Shown here piece by piece: positions 8,640 through 20,000 of a DNA stretch of 64,000 bases. The translations under genes and the position numbers were made by a program. Below the pieces are notes generated by a model. That model was not told the origin of the DNA, searched no databases, and saw only the letters and a program-made list of their open reading frames with translations. The stretch is from a virus, in the IMG/VR virus record IMGVR_UViG_3300045988_122711. One strand, written 5' to 3'. Positions within the stretch are counted from its first letter, which is position 1. Each line of letters starts with the position of its first letter.

Positions 8640-9053
8640 ATGGCTTGTGTTTCTAAAATAGGATCGTTGTATGAGATGGTTACGAAGAATGTTATTGTCA
8701 GTACGACAAATACAGTCTTCGGTATTAACCCACGGGCTTGGATCGCCCTTCCGTGTGAGGGTCTTATCCTTCTTAAGATAAGGCAAGTAGTCCCCACAGC
8801 CGGAAGTGCTCTACCGGTACAGATTGCGGTCCCGGCAAACAGCACAGTTTCAACAGTAGGAGCCGACACCTGTTGCCCGGTTACGGGAGTGAATGTCGTG
8901 AACCCTATTAACGTAGCTGTCACGGGTGCTGCTATGGTAAATGGCACAGAACGCCTTCTGTACTTCAATAAAGTTCGTGGCGTGTTAAGATTAATGGATT
9001 GTTGTGTTCCGACAACAACAGCCCAGGCGTCTGAAGTTAAAGCAGGTAAATGA
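8640..9053 (+). CDS. hypothetical protein (137 aa, Val/Thr/Cys-containing)
   Basis: ORF 24 nt after previous stop, followed by strong terminator. Confidence 0.45.
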   Translation: MACVSKIGSLYEMVTKNVIVSTTNTVFGINPRAWIALPCEGLILLKIRQVVPTAGSALPVQIAVPANSTVSTVGADTCCPVTGVNVVNPINVAVTGAAMVNGTERLLYFNKVRGVLRLMDCCVPTTTAQASEVKAGK

Positions 9054-9061
9054 TTTCAGTA

Positions 9062-9091
9062 GGGTGATGAAGATCATCACCCTATTTTCAC
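9062..9091 (+). terminator. rho-independent terminator
   Basis: AGGGTGATGA/TCATCACCCT 10-bp stem, 3-nt loop, then ATTTTCA. Confidence 0.7.
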
Positions 9092-9103
9092 CTAACTAAT
9101 ATT

Positions 9104-9598
9104 TTGATCATGTTTTCAGATTTGAAGAAAGGGTTTCAGGTACATACCCTTGATACTAATACAGTACCTAAATACGAATTGGGAAAGGTAGTAGCCGTAT
9201 CCGAACCCAGGTATCTTCCTCCTCAGCCAGGTCAGTATCAGGCGATGCAGACCCGCGTGGTGGATCTGACGGTAGAGCTCACTGGCGAAACCAAGACCTA
9301 TACGGTCCCGGAATCCCAGAATGTGGCTAAGGCTATGGGCATAACATTATCTACCAGCATAGATCCGATTATGAACGAACTGAATGCTATAAAAAACACC
9401 AGTCAAGACATAATAAACAGCGTAGATGCCCATCGTGCCAAGATAGAGGCTTGTGAATCTATATTAGAAGACATCAATCCGGCATTCAAACAAACGAGAG
9501 AGCAGGATCGTAAAATAGCTGGTATAGAAAATAAGGTGAATGACCTTACTGATTCATTCGAAGATTTAAAGAAGTTAATTGTAGAACGTTTGAAATAA
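9104..9598 (+). CDS. hypothetical protein with C-terminal coiled coil
   Basis: ORF; C-terminal heptad-like region. Confidence 0.45.
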   Translation: MIMFSDLKKGFQVHTLDTNTVPKYELGKVVAVSEPRYLPPQPGQYQAMQTRVVDLTVELTGETKTYTVPESQNVAKAMGITLSTSIDPIMNELNAIKNTSQDIINSVDAHRAKIEACESILEDINPAFKQTREQDRKIAGIENKVNDLTDSFEDLKKLIVERLK

Positions 9599-9605
9599 GT
9601 ATAAT

Positions 9606-9974
9606 ATGATAGTATATGATTTAAATTCAGGACACAGAGAATATCCTGGATATGACGAGATAGAAGACAGACGAGGTGGAGGCAGAGGCAGAAGCCGGCG
9701 TTCTGATGGGACGTACATGGGGTACGGTGGTGGTATTTACGACCATTACGGTATGCATGAGAAGATGAAGGAAATGGAAGAACGCGAAAACGAGCTGGAA
9801 GAAAGGGAAAGAAGGCTTGAAGAGCGCGAACGTCGTCATGAAATGGAGGACCGGGAATACCGGAGGATGGGTTACGAATCCTACCCGACCGATTACTATG
9901 GAGACGACAGATACTACGGTGACGGACCTCAGATGCGTAGAGGTCGCGGACGTGGCAGAGGTCGTTCTTATTGA
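9606..9974 (+). CDS. RGG/RG-box and ER-repeat protein (RGGGRGRSRR ... EERERRLEERERRHE ... RRGRGRGRGRSY)
   Basis: ORF with striking Arg-Gly and Glu-Arg low-complexity; candidate nucleic-acid-binding/condensing protein. Confidence 0.45.
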   Translation: MIVYDLNSGHREYPGYDEIEDRRGGGRGRSRRSDGTYMGYGGGIYDHYGMHEKMKEMEERENELEERERRLEERERRHEMEDREYRRMGYESYPTDYYGDDRYYGDGPQMRRGRGRGRGRSY

Positions 9975-10067
9975 GGAGCAGACGCAGAGGATCCAGCTTA
10001 TCAGAAATATGTAGATACTTACGGCTACCATTTTTCTAATGCTCTCGCTGATGAGGCGGTAAAGAAG

Positions 10068-10361
10068 ATGGTCAACGTCGATGGATCCAAGAGGATCTGG
10101 AAGCAGCCGGAAATAAAAGATATTTTTGAAAAGTGCGGAGCGAAGAAGCCGGATAAAGCGACATGGGGCGATGTCCAATATGTCTTTGCAATGTACTATT
10201 CGGATGGTTTTCCGAAGGTCTTCAAATGTGAGAACGAGTTGGTGAAAGCTACGTTAATGTATTTGGATGATCCGGATGCTCCCGAAGGAGTAGCCTTTAT
10301 AAGATGGCTTGCCGTGCAAGATTACCTCGGCGAAAAAATAAACTGGAAGGATCTGACCTGA
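10068..10361 (+). CDS. hypothetical protein
   Basis: ORF. Confidence 0.35.
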   Translation: MVNVDGSKRIWKQPEIKDIFEKCGAKKPDKATWGDVQYVFAMYYSDGFPKVFKCENELVKATLMYLDDPDAPEGVAFIRWLAVQDYLGEKINWKDLT

Positions 10362-10832
10362 GATCCAGACCCAGGTCCTTCCGGTGGTGCGGGAGCCATA
10401 GTAAAAAATATGATTCCCGCATTCCCGTTTTTCCCGTTTGGAAAAAAAAGGAATAAAAATATTATACCGGTCGGCGGGCAATAGAATACCCGTGGCCGGT
10501 TTGTTTCACATAACTTTTTTTTTGGACATGAATATAGCACACGAATCTAAATCGAATAAAACCCCCTTGTATTTAATAGGAGAGTTGATTGGCGTACCGA
10601 ATACGGTTATGGACTCAGCATTGCATGAACTGAAAGATAGAATAGACAAAGACCCTAAATATAAAGATGTTAAAAATTGGCTCGAATCTTTACCCAAGAT
10701 CTGAACCTATTTTTCCCAATACCAGGCCCGATGCGATTTTAACGTATCGGGTTTTTATTTTAATTTATATTGTTTTATTTTAAATCTAATTAATTTATGA
10801 ATGTCGTACTTTTGTTGAAAAAGTATTTTTTT

Positions 10833-11060
10833 ATGGAAAATAAGGAAGATTACGTTGGTTACGAAGATCAAGAACTGTGTAACCGGTATTACAAAGAGGC
10901 TGAAGCCATGAGGCAAAAGCAGGACTGGTCTCGGCTTAGGGCTGCCCCTGCTCCGGCTAAGGGAACGCCATCGCCCGGCTGGGGTCAGCTTGGACGTGGA
11001 AATGAAGTTCGTGTCAAGTACGTTAGCATCAATTCAGGATTGGGAGGAGATAGGTTATGA
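10833..11060 (+). CDS. hypothetical protein
   Basis: ORF; ATGA overlap with next gene. Confidence 0.3.
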   Translation: MENKEDYVGYEDQELCNRYYKEAEAMRQKQDWSRLRAAPAPAKGTPSPGWGQLGRGNEVRVKYVSINSGLGGDRL

Positions 11061-11275
11061 CCGTAGAAGAATTAGCCAGTAAAAGATACGGTGGCGAATT
11101 TGTTTTCATGTTTGGTCATCTTGAAGGTAGAACAAGATTCGTTTTTGAATGCTTTGATCCCAGACCTGATCACGAAGGTAAAAACACTTACATGGTTTCC
11201 TATTTTGAAAAGGGACTTCATAGAAGAGATGTGGTAGATGTGCCGTGTTATATGAATGTTTTGCCAAAATCATGA
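11057..11275 (+). CDS. hypothetical protein
   Basis: ORF, start overlaps previous stop. Confidence 0.35.
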   Translation: MTVEELASKRYGGEFVFMFGHLEGRTRFVFECFDPRPDHEGKNTYMVSYFEKGLHRRDVVDVPCYMNVLPKS

Positions 11276-11475
11276 AAACACTACTTTTAAATGTACCTGT
11301 ATTTTCCGGTAAGATTATTTCTCCTATATGGATTAAGGCTGTAAGAGATTTTCAATCCAGACCGAAGGAAGAAAGAGACTCGTATTGTTCGGTTTGTGGA
11401 TGTACGGAAGGGTGTAACCTGTGCGATGATATAAGTAAATATAGGATTTATGAACAATTAAAATATTACAAATAA
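11245..11475 (+). CDS. hypothetical Cys-containing small protein
   Basis: ORF; CSVCGCTEGCNLC cluster. Confidence 0.3.
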   Translation: MLYECFAKIMKTLLLNVPVFSGKIISPIWIKAVRDFQSRPKEERDSYCSVCGCTEGCNLCDDISKYRIYEQLKYYK

Positions 11476-12248
11476 TGGAATTAAAAGATTTTAAAGATGT
11501 AATTAGAATGATGACAAAAGAAGAGTTCGAATCAACAATCAATGAAGATATTAAATTCGTTGAAAGATTCAAGTATTTTTTTAAACATGATGATGCTACG
11601 AGGATATTGGAACACATCGAGTCCGTGTTAAAAGCATCAGTGGACTACTACTATCCTAATCATTCTAAACCTGAAGCAGAACCAGGAGACATGGGAGAAG
11701 TTTCTGACGGATACCATACTTTCAATGAATTGTATCGGTACCGTATGTTGTATAATGCCGCCTTCTTTAATTTATTAGCCAGAAACGGACAGGTTGAAGT
11801 TTGCAAATCAAGGAGACACAGCGACGGAGAAAGATGCTTCGGTTCTGATGACTGGTTTATTGTGATGGCAATGTTACCCACTGGTCAGGTGTCTAATCAC
11901 TATGAAAGCAAATACTGGGATTTGTTTGATGTTCCAGAAAGAGAAACCGCTTTCGAATATGATGGCCATACACCAAATGAAGCCGCAGACAGACTTGAAC
12001 AGTATCTTTTTCGAAAGAAATCGGGTTTAACATTTGAAGAAGCTTTTAAATTTTTGAAAAATGGTAATAATATCAAAAGGCATGGGTGGAAAAATGAACA
12101 TCTTGATGCTTTTAGAAAAAGTGGTGTTAGCTCAATTCATGTGGAAAAGTCATTGATCATAATTATAAATGAAGAAACACGGAGGCTGACATCGTGGAAT
12201 CCAAGTATAGAAGATATATCGTCGAATGACTGGGAGGTTGTGAAATGA
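11475..12248 (+). CDS. hypothetical protein with DUF2829-like C-terminal domain
   Basis: C-term FEEAFKFLKNGNNIKRHGWKN...SWNPSIEDISSNDWEVV resembles phage DUF2829 (GW...DWE[IV]V) signature. Confidence 0.45.
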   Translation: MELKDFKDVIRMMTKEEFESTINEDIKFVERFKYFFKHDDATRILEHIESVLKASVDYYYPNHSKPEAEPGDMGEVSDGYHTFNELYRYRMLYNAAFFNLLARNGQVEVCKSRRHSDGERCFGSDDWFIVMAMLPTGQVSNHYESKYWDLFDVPERETAFEYDGHTPNEAADRLEQYLFRKKSGLTFEEAFKFLKNGNNIKRHGWKNEHLDAFRKSGVSSIHVEKSLIIIINEETRRLTSWNPSIEDISSNDWEVVK

Positions 12249-12520
12249 GTTTGTTTGTTTGTTCACGATGTGGCTGTATAGATAATACAGCCACATCGTG
12301 TTACTGGGCTCTTACAAGACCTTGTAAGAATCGTATTTACGATAAGTCGCTAAAGGGATATGAAGGTAAGCCTCTTTGTTCTGAATGTGCTGCTATTGAA
12401 TATGATAAGGAAGACCAACTGGTGGTGGTTCCTGGAACGTGGCACGGTAAGTTCAAGAAAGAATGGCCTACTGAAGAAGAAAAGAAGCATATTGGTAAAA
12501 ACGGTATTTTAAATTATTGA
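12245..12520 (+). CDS. zinc-ribbon protein
   Basis: CSRCGC...C...CSEC; ATGA overlap with previous gene. Confidence 0.45.
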   Translation: MSLFVCSRCGCIDNTATSCYWALTRPCKNRIYDKSLKGYEGKPLCSECAAIEYDKEDQLVVVPGTWHGKFKKEWPTEEEKKHIGKNGILNY

Positions 12521-12523
12521 TTT

Positions 12524-12829
12524 ATGTGTGATAAGGAAATCGTGATATGCGCGGCCATCTGGGTGCAGGACGGCAAGAAGCGTCCCCATCAGCCCACCAA
12601 TATACCATCCGGCGCCGTGTTCTGTGGATTGAGACATTGTTCTATCATTTCTCAGTTTGCAGCTTATGGTATTGCTCATAAAAACCGCAGTGTTCAAGGA
12701 TTTTTGACAAGCAAGAACCGGTTTTTAACAAGAGAGGATGCGTCTGAACTTGTTAAAAATAATAATCAGGAAATGGTAGTAGATAGGAGTGCCATTAGGG
12801 AACAATTGTATTCAGAAGATTTATATTAA
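12524..12829 (+). CDS. hypothetical protein
   Basis: ORF in operon array. Confidence 0.4.
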   Translation: MCDKEIVICAAIWVQDGKKRPHQPTNIPSGAVFCGLRHCSIISQFAAYGIAHKNRSVQGFLTSKNRFLTREDASELVKNNNQEMVVDRSAIREQLYSEDLY

Positions 12830-12850
12830 CAACTAAAAAAACAGAATAAT

Positions 12851-13201
12851 ATGGGATTTGTAATCAAAAAGTCAATCACTTATAATATGATGGACGGCAA
12901 TCAGTTAGAGTATGTATTTGACAACATTAATTTAGATCATATCACATTTAAAGGTAATGGTAAAGAATCTTTTTCATTTAACAGAGCCCTTGTTGAAAAT
13001 TTAATTGAGACATTTGATACTATGCAGGATATATACTCTGATAATTACGGGATTAAGGTTTATACCGGTAATTGCATAATTCAACTGAATGTAAATCCAA
13101 AGAACTTAAGTGAATCCTTTTTTGACGTATATGATAGAGATGGGATGAAATTGATATATAGTATACAAAATAGTATTTTGAAAGAAATGTTTATAATATG
13201 A
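12851..13201 (+). CDS. hypothetical protein
   Basis: ORF. Confidence 0.4.
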   Translation: MGFVIKKSITYNMMDGNQLEYVFDNINLDHITFKGNGKESFSFNRALVENLIETFDTMQDIYSDNYGIKVYTGNCIIQLNVNPKNLSESFFDVYDRDGMKLIYSIQNSILKEMFII

Positions 13202-13518
13202 TTACCAAGCAGGACATACAAGCAGCAGCATCGTATATTTTCCAAAGTAGTTTTGTCTCGGAGGACCAGGCAAGGAAAGCGATGGTAAGAGCTGGCAATA
13301 ACGCTACCAAGATCCTCATCAAGACCTTCAGAGGAAAGTTGTTCAAGAAAGCTTTTGGAAGAGCTCGTAGAGGAAAGGATATCAGTTCTTTTGAAAGACA
13401 GGAAAAAGAAAGTGGTTTCAATTTTCTTTACAATTCTAATAATGGTAGTATGCAAAGCGGTCATGTAAAAATAGATGAAATTGGACTATTTAAACAAATA
13501 ATAAAGTCGGGTACGTAA
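13198..13518 (+). CDS. hypothetical basic protein
   Basis: ORF, ATGA overlap. Confidence 0.4.
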   Translation: MITKQDIQAAASYIFQSSFVSEDQARKAMVRAGNNATKILIKTFRGKLFKKAFGRARRGKDISSFERQEKESGFNFLYNSNNGSMQSGHVKIDEIGLFKQIIKSGT

Positions 13519-13547
13519 GTTATCCGACTTTTTCATATATTTGTGGC

Positions 13548-13871
13548 ATGGCACGAGGTTATTATTGGATACCGCAGACAGATGAAACGTTAAATGGCAT
13601 AAGCTATTACGTGACTAAGGTAGTAGGAGATATCACGTTTGATACTAAACGAAAAAGAATAGTGTTTCAAACTACCAGGTATTTCCCAGTAGGATCCGTA
13701 TTCCATTTTACTCACAACTGCTTTAAATACGTCATAACCTGCCGGCTCCGTAAGCCGGGGCTGTGGTATGAGGCAAGGAGGGAAGACTGCGGACCTATTG
13801 GACCGGATGATGTGGAAAGGTTCGAATCTGGAAGGTTTATTCATAGAAATGGGTACAAATATAATGCATAA
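13548..13871 (+). CDS. hypothetical protein
   Basis: ORF. Confidence 0.4.
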   Translation: MARGYYWIPQTDETLNGISYYVTKVVGDITFDTKRKRIVFQTTRYFPVGSVFHFTHNCFKYVITCRLRKPGLWYEARREDCGPIGPDDVERFESGRFIHRNGYKYNA

Positions 13872-13910
13872 GCGTAACTTGACGATTTACGTCAGATTAT
13901 AATTTTTTTT

Positions 13911-13950
13911 CATATTATTTTTAAGCCATCAGACTGAGAAGTTAGATGGC
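13911..13950 (+). terminator. rho-independent terminator
   Basis: TTAAGCCATC...GATGGCTTAA perfect 10-bp stem then T6. Confidence 0.75.
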
Positions 13951-13981
13951 TTAATTTTTTATGATATGCTTGATTTTTAAC

Positions 13982-13989
13982 TACCTTTG
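13982..13989 (+). promoter_or_regulatory. TAccTTTG Bacteroidetes-type -7 box for giant gene
   Basis: exact TAnnTTTG 24 nt upstream of ATG 14013. Confidence 0.4.
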
Positions 13990-14012
13990 TCTTATAACAA
14001 AAATGTTTTACT

Positions 14013-17000
14013 ATGACATCAACGTGTATTATTAAAAGAGATAATAAAAAGAAAGTTGTTTCTGTCTCTACCAGATCAGGGGACAGGTCTATGTTGTTTG
14101 ATAAAATAGCATCTGTTCCTCTTATGGAGAACAGGGAGCGGGCTACTACTGTTTTTAAAACCGTATTTTCCAACAAGTTCTTAAAGGCTTTTGGCGACTG
14201 GAGAAAGAGAGTGCCTATCAACAAACAGGCTTATAATAAGGTAAAATCCAACATCGATCTTATCCCAGAAGCCTATAGAGAAAGGGTGCTGGATAAGGCT
14301 TCTAAGATGAGTAATCCTGTTCTTGTATCAAAATCAGATGCAACTTATGGGATTCAAGAATCAGGCTTCGGATTCTATAGCCAAGATCTGGGTGATAATA
14401 TTATGTTGGTGGATGCTATGATCCCATCAAGTATTTCCGTACCGGAAGAACCAGGAATAGACGCCGGGCAGTATTTACAAGATGCTATATTTTCGGACTT
14501 CACTCCCGTATCTGTGGTACAGGATAAGGGTGTTAATTATATGGTTATAAAAGACGGTCTTAAGATATTTAGCCCAGAAGAGCTACCAGAAACAGATTCT
14601 AATCCTGTGGGTGTAACGTATCAGACTGGAGAGCCTCGTTTGTTTTTCATGAACGATCGTAGTCAATTATTTGAAGATTACGGAGAAGCTCTTCGCTCTG
14701 GCGGGAATGATATCAGAATAGGGTTCTTATCAGGCACCGTTCAAGAATCTACCGTGGATGGCGTGGCAGACATTACTTACAAAGCTGGAAAGTATGTTCT
14801 TAATAATCCCAAATCTTTTATACCGGTCATGACCGCTTCTGCTTCTACTTCTTTATCAACAAAAGGTGGTATAATTAACTACCTTATAAAGAAAGGTCTT
14901 TTGTCCGGATCTAAGATATTCGATCCTGAAACAAGAAGCTATTATCTTACAGGAGAAGGTCATACAGGACAAATTAGACTTTTCAATTCAGCCTTATCAT
15001 ACACCGAGCTCCGTAATCATTTTGGTTCCGATGTTTCCATGAACGACCAAGGTATGATAACCATAAGCTCGTTGGATAACAGTAAGGTAACTATGAGACT
15101 CGCCACCGGAGGAACGGAAAGGATTAGTAGGGAACAGATAAAGAACGATCTTAAGTCAGGAAGATACAATGAATTGGACGCCAAGTACGATCATTTTGAT
15201 GCGCTTGTAGTTTCATTCATATTAGAAGATAACGATCTTTATGCTGATACTAAAGCTAAGATCGTATCAGATTATAGCAGGCAGGAACGTGACCAACGAA
15301 ATTCTATTGTCGAGATACTGAAAACGCTTGGCGTTAGTGTCATAGGTATGACCGACTATATAGAGAAGTACCAAACCAAATACGGGCACGAACCTTCTGC
15401 TAAGGCATTGGCGGATATTGCTAATAACGTAATAGCAGTTGGTGAAGATGCTACTTTATCTGATTTAGTAGAAGAAACAGCCCACTTTCTTGTAGAGGCA
15501 TACAGAGATCAGAATGCTGTTGAGGCTGTTCTGCAAGATGTAGAAGGTACGGAAGAGTGGAACCAGTATGCAGGTCAGTATTATAATACATACGGTAAAG
15601 CGTATGAAGGAGCTGAGCTTGATAATGCTGTTAGGAGAGAAATTCTTGGAAAGATCCTCGCCAGGGAGATGCAGGCCGGCACAGCACAGGCGCCGGTAGA
15701 GCCCACCTCCTTCCTGGGGCGCGTCCGGCAGCTTTTCTCTGGAATCGTAAGCTGGCTTAAATCAGCTTTATCAACCCAAAGACAAGATTTGAATAACGTT
15801 ATTAAAAACATTCGTGATCTTGCCATTACTGACATAGATAAAGGATTTGACACCTCTCTGTTAAAGGATAATGACTTTACATTATACTCCCTTTCTTCTA
15901 TGAACAAGAACAAGTTTCTTGAGTCTAAGATCAGATCACTAAGAAAAACATTAAGAGACTTACGTCAGATAAGCTCTGATAGGGCTGTAACTACGTCTAT
16001 GACCCTTGCTCAGCTTAAGACCATAGAAGATAAGATAAATAAGGTAGAGACCGAAATAGACAAGAATGAGATGGCGGCTGCCATGAACAGCATGATCTCC
16101 ACAGCCGAAGCTCAGGTCAGATACTTAAGTAATGTGGTGAACACCATCCTTCATGGTGATACCAAAGACGGTAAACTTCACTTCAATACCAATGATCGAA
16201 AGAACGTAGATATTATCAACAATCAGGTTCTTCCGATCATGAACGATCTTCGAGGATATATCCGTAATAGAAGTACCGAATTTGATGAACGTGAAAAGCA
16301 GGATTATACAAATAGGATCAATACCGTCATTGCCGACATCAATGGTATTCAGTCTGATATTAAATCAGTACAAGACCTTGATGAAAGTACGTTGCTTGAT
16401 AAGTTAATGAACGAACTTCATGTGCCGGCAGATAAGGTAAAGAGAGTAAAAGAATTTTTTGACAAGGTTCAACATGATGTTTCTTGGATAAGTAGGTGGT
16501 TTGGTATATTAGAGCATTCTTCCAGTCCGTTCAATAACGCTCTTGGAGCTATGATTGCCAAAGATAATTATAATGCGATGGTAAATGCCCAGCCCGCTAT
16601 ATCTGACTTCCTGGCATATACTAAAAAGCATGGTTTCAACAAATCCGAATTTGAAAAACTACTTCAGAAAGTAGATGGCAAAACTTCCAATTACCTTCGT
16701 AGTGCTCTTGATATGGCTAAATACGATCGTAATAAGAAGCTGGCACAGATGCGTGCGTTTGCAACTGCCATGAACATAGAAATATCAGAAGAAGAAATCA
16801 ATGATGTGGTTGACAATAATCGTAATTACGTATTTAAAAGAGAAGTAGTTGACAAGGACGGAAATACGGTTACTGAAAACGCTAAATTTAAGCCCTCATC
16901 TGACAGGGTTAATACTGATATTTTCACCATCGAGCAGGAAAAGATCTATACAGAACAGATGGAAAAGTGGGATGCTGAAAATTCAGAATTGGAATTTAGT

Positions 17001-20000
17001 GAAAGTTATGCCACAAGAATGGAATCCATATACAAAAAGGCTGAAGAAGAATTAGGGCATCCAGTTTCTCAAACAACTAAAGAATATCTTAATGCTCTTT
17101 CCCGGCAAAAACGAATACTGAGGCAGCCTTTTATTGATAGCGGTGGTAATTTTGATGAGGTTGATTACTATAAGAGTAGTAACTACGAAGAAGAAGGACT
17201 GCTTCGTAAACAACGTAAGGAAGCAGCTTCGGAATACATATATGTTGGTACCAGACGTGTTGAAAAAACCGGCGACCAACTTAAGATGGCTAAAGAAATA
17301 CAAGCCATAAATGAAGTTTGGAGAAAAGAATCAAATAATGTCACTAATGCCGTATCAGAATCATTTTTGGAAAGATTGAGAACGATTCAGCGTGAGTCTG
17401 GAGGAGAAGCTGCGCTGAAGACACTTATGTTGGGAGGTCACCTGTCATTTAATGATCGGTTTTGGAATGATGTAGAATCGGAACAGTCGGCACGTACCGA
17501 ATCAAATAACAAGGCTTCGTATCTCAAAATGGCGCATGATATCATTAGTTCTACAACAAGTGATAGAGATGCGACTGACGTGGATTCTATTGTGAAAGAT
17601 ATAGAAAAAAATAAGGCCATTATCAAGGAAATAATCGGAAACAACCGCGATGTGGCTGATATCGGAGAAATTAACGAAGCGACATTTACCTCATCCGAAA
17701 GAGATGCTTTTAGGGCCGCATCTGAAGCTATTGAAGCCGATTACGCTATTTTGATAGATTATGCTAAGATGGTGGGTCTTGAAGATATTGATAAGTACCT
17801 TACTAAAAGCAGTAAGGCTGAAAACGAAGTAAATCAGTCTTATTTAAATGCTCTTGCTGACTCCAAGGAAGTGGAATGGAAGTTCGTACAACGTCATACT
17901 ACGGCGAAGAAAGCAAAAAGGATTCAGGCTTTAAGGGATAAGCTGTTTAAGGCTGCTGATAACCGATATCTGTTTACCGTATCTGAAACCAACTACCTGT
18001 CAGAAAAGCTTGGTATAAGCAAAGAATTAGACGGTAGAGATTTCAGGAATGCTGTTAATGCTAAGATGGCCAGCTTATTTTTAAATAATACAAGAGAAGA
18101 GGGTATAGAAGCTGACATAAAAGCGGGCATAGAAGAAGCTAATGCTATTGTTAATGAATTTGCCAGGAGCCAGGTTTTTTCGTACTATAAACGCATGGCG
18201 CCTACCGGATATGCGGCTATGATCGACAAAATAGGTCGAGGTGAGATAGATGTGGCGCAGATGGTTAAGGACGTACAAAACGGTACATCCACCCAAGATT
18301 ATGGCATGGACATATCGTACCTGTCTTTCGATCCTGCAAGGGCATGGGTGGCTGAATCTGAAGCCGAAAATAGCGGCCGTAATCCTGATTATGTAAAAGA
18401 TCATGGGTATGGTCATCGCATGCCTAAGAAAAGCCTGTATCGTGACGAATCGTATTTCAATGACTTTGGTATCAAGTATGATGCTGACGGTAATGAAGTT
18501 GCTACTAAAAACGTAGAGCAGTGGAATATGATTCAAAAACTCAAGGAAATAAAAAGACAATCCCTTGATCTATACAAAGAGCAGAGCCCGAACCTGTATG
18601 CTATTCCACAGATATCAAAACAAGACATAGAACGTATGGAAGGATTGGGTATTAACTTCAAAAATACGGTTCGTAATTTTGTATCAGATCTGTGCCTGGA
18701 CAGAGTAGACGATTCTCTATACGGTAAAACCAGGCAAGGAGAAGTATATGATCCGGAAGATAGACTTAGGTCTATACCTAAATACTACATATATGAATTG
18801 GAGAACCAAGATGATGTATCTCACGATTTTGGCTACTCTTATTCTATGCTTATGATGCAGTCATCGTTATATAACGAAAAGCAGAAGTCTATAGAGCTTG
18901 CCCAAGGACTGGAGCAGATGTTACTGAATAAACAATTTGAAGGCGGTAAGAAGGCTGAAGCAACCCAAGCATATCAGATGTTCAGGGACTTCTTCAACGA
19001 TCATTATTATGGCATTAGGATGAACACCAAAAAACTTACGGTGAACATCGGAGGATATACGGTAGACCTTACAAGAATTATGATGGCTGTTGAAAGATTT
19101 ATGTCGGTCATGAACTTGGCACTGTCTCCGTTTGTGGCAGCTACCGGCGCCTTAACAGGTCATATCAACCTCATCATGGAATCTGCCGTAGGACAGTATA
19201 TAAGCAAAGACTCCCTTAAATACGCATCGGCTGAATTTTCACGCCTTGCTCCATCTTGTATAGCAGAAACCGGAGACATAGATAGGAAAAGCAAATTATA
19301 TGTCATAGGTGAGAGAATGGGGATATTCAATATCCGAAATCGTATGTATGGTGCCGGATACAATAGAGCGGCCAGGACCTTAATGCGTTCGCCTATGTAT
19401 GCTTTTATGGAAATCCTGAACTACCCTCTTGATCCGCAGGTTATGATTGCTACTATGGACAATGTTCGTTATTACAAAGGTCGGTTCTACACGTTCCAAG
19501 ATTTCAAGATGGAAAAAGAACGTAATAAAGAACAGAGTACCATAAAAAGAGAATGGAACGCATTAAAAGATCGTACTTTATGGAGTATGGTAGACGTCGT
19601 GGATGGGAAGGTGGTTGTAAAGCCCGGATCAGGTGTTACTGTTGAGGAAGTTGAAACCCAGATGGCTATAACCAGGAATCAAGTCCGTAGCTTGTCGCAG
19701 ATATGTAACGGATCTTTGAATGAAGAAAACCGAACTGCCGCATCGCGCAACTGGATAGCCAGGTTCATGACCGCCCACCGAGGATGGTTGGTGCTGGCGG
19801 CTCAACGTCTGTGGAAAAGACGTGGCTTCAATTTCCAGACAATGCAAGAAGAGGAAGGGTTGTCAATTACGTTAAAGAATATGATAGCCAAAACATTTAG
19901 CCTGGCTTCCGAGTCTGGTATGAAAAACATCATAGATGCCTGGAACGAAAATAAAGACAATATGAATGAGGTAGAAAAAACTAATCTCAAACGCCTCAGT

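Noticed and set aside
7599-8968. Long antisense ORFs (7599-7889, 7684-8403, 8393-8968 minus) opposite the Gly/Cys-rich gene, and similar shadow ORFs elsewhere (15581-15913, 18081-18560, 31302-31736, 35945-36301, 40475-40993, 41685-42212)
   Set aside because: Shadow ORFs of low-complexity or coding regions on the opposite strand; they break the co-directional gene tiling and have odd composition (e.g. Pro/Leu runs).
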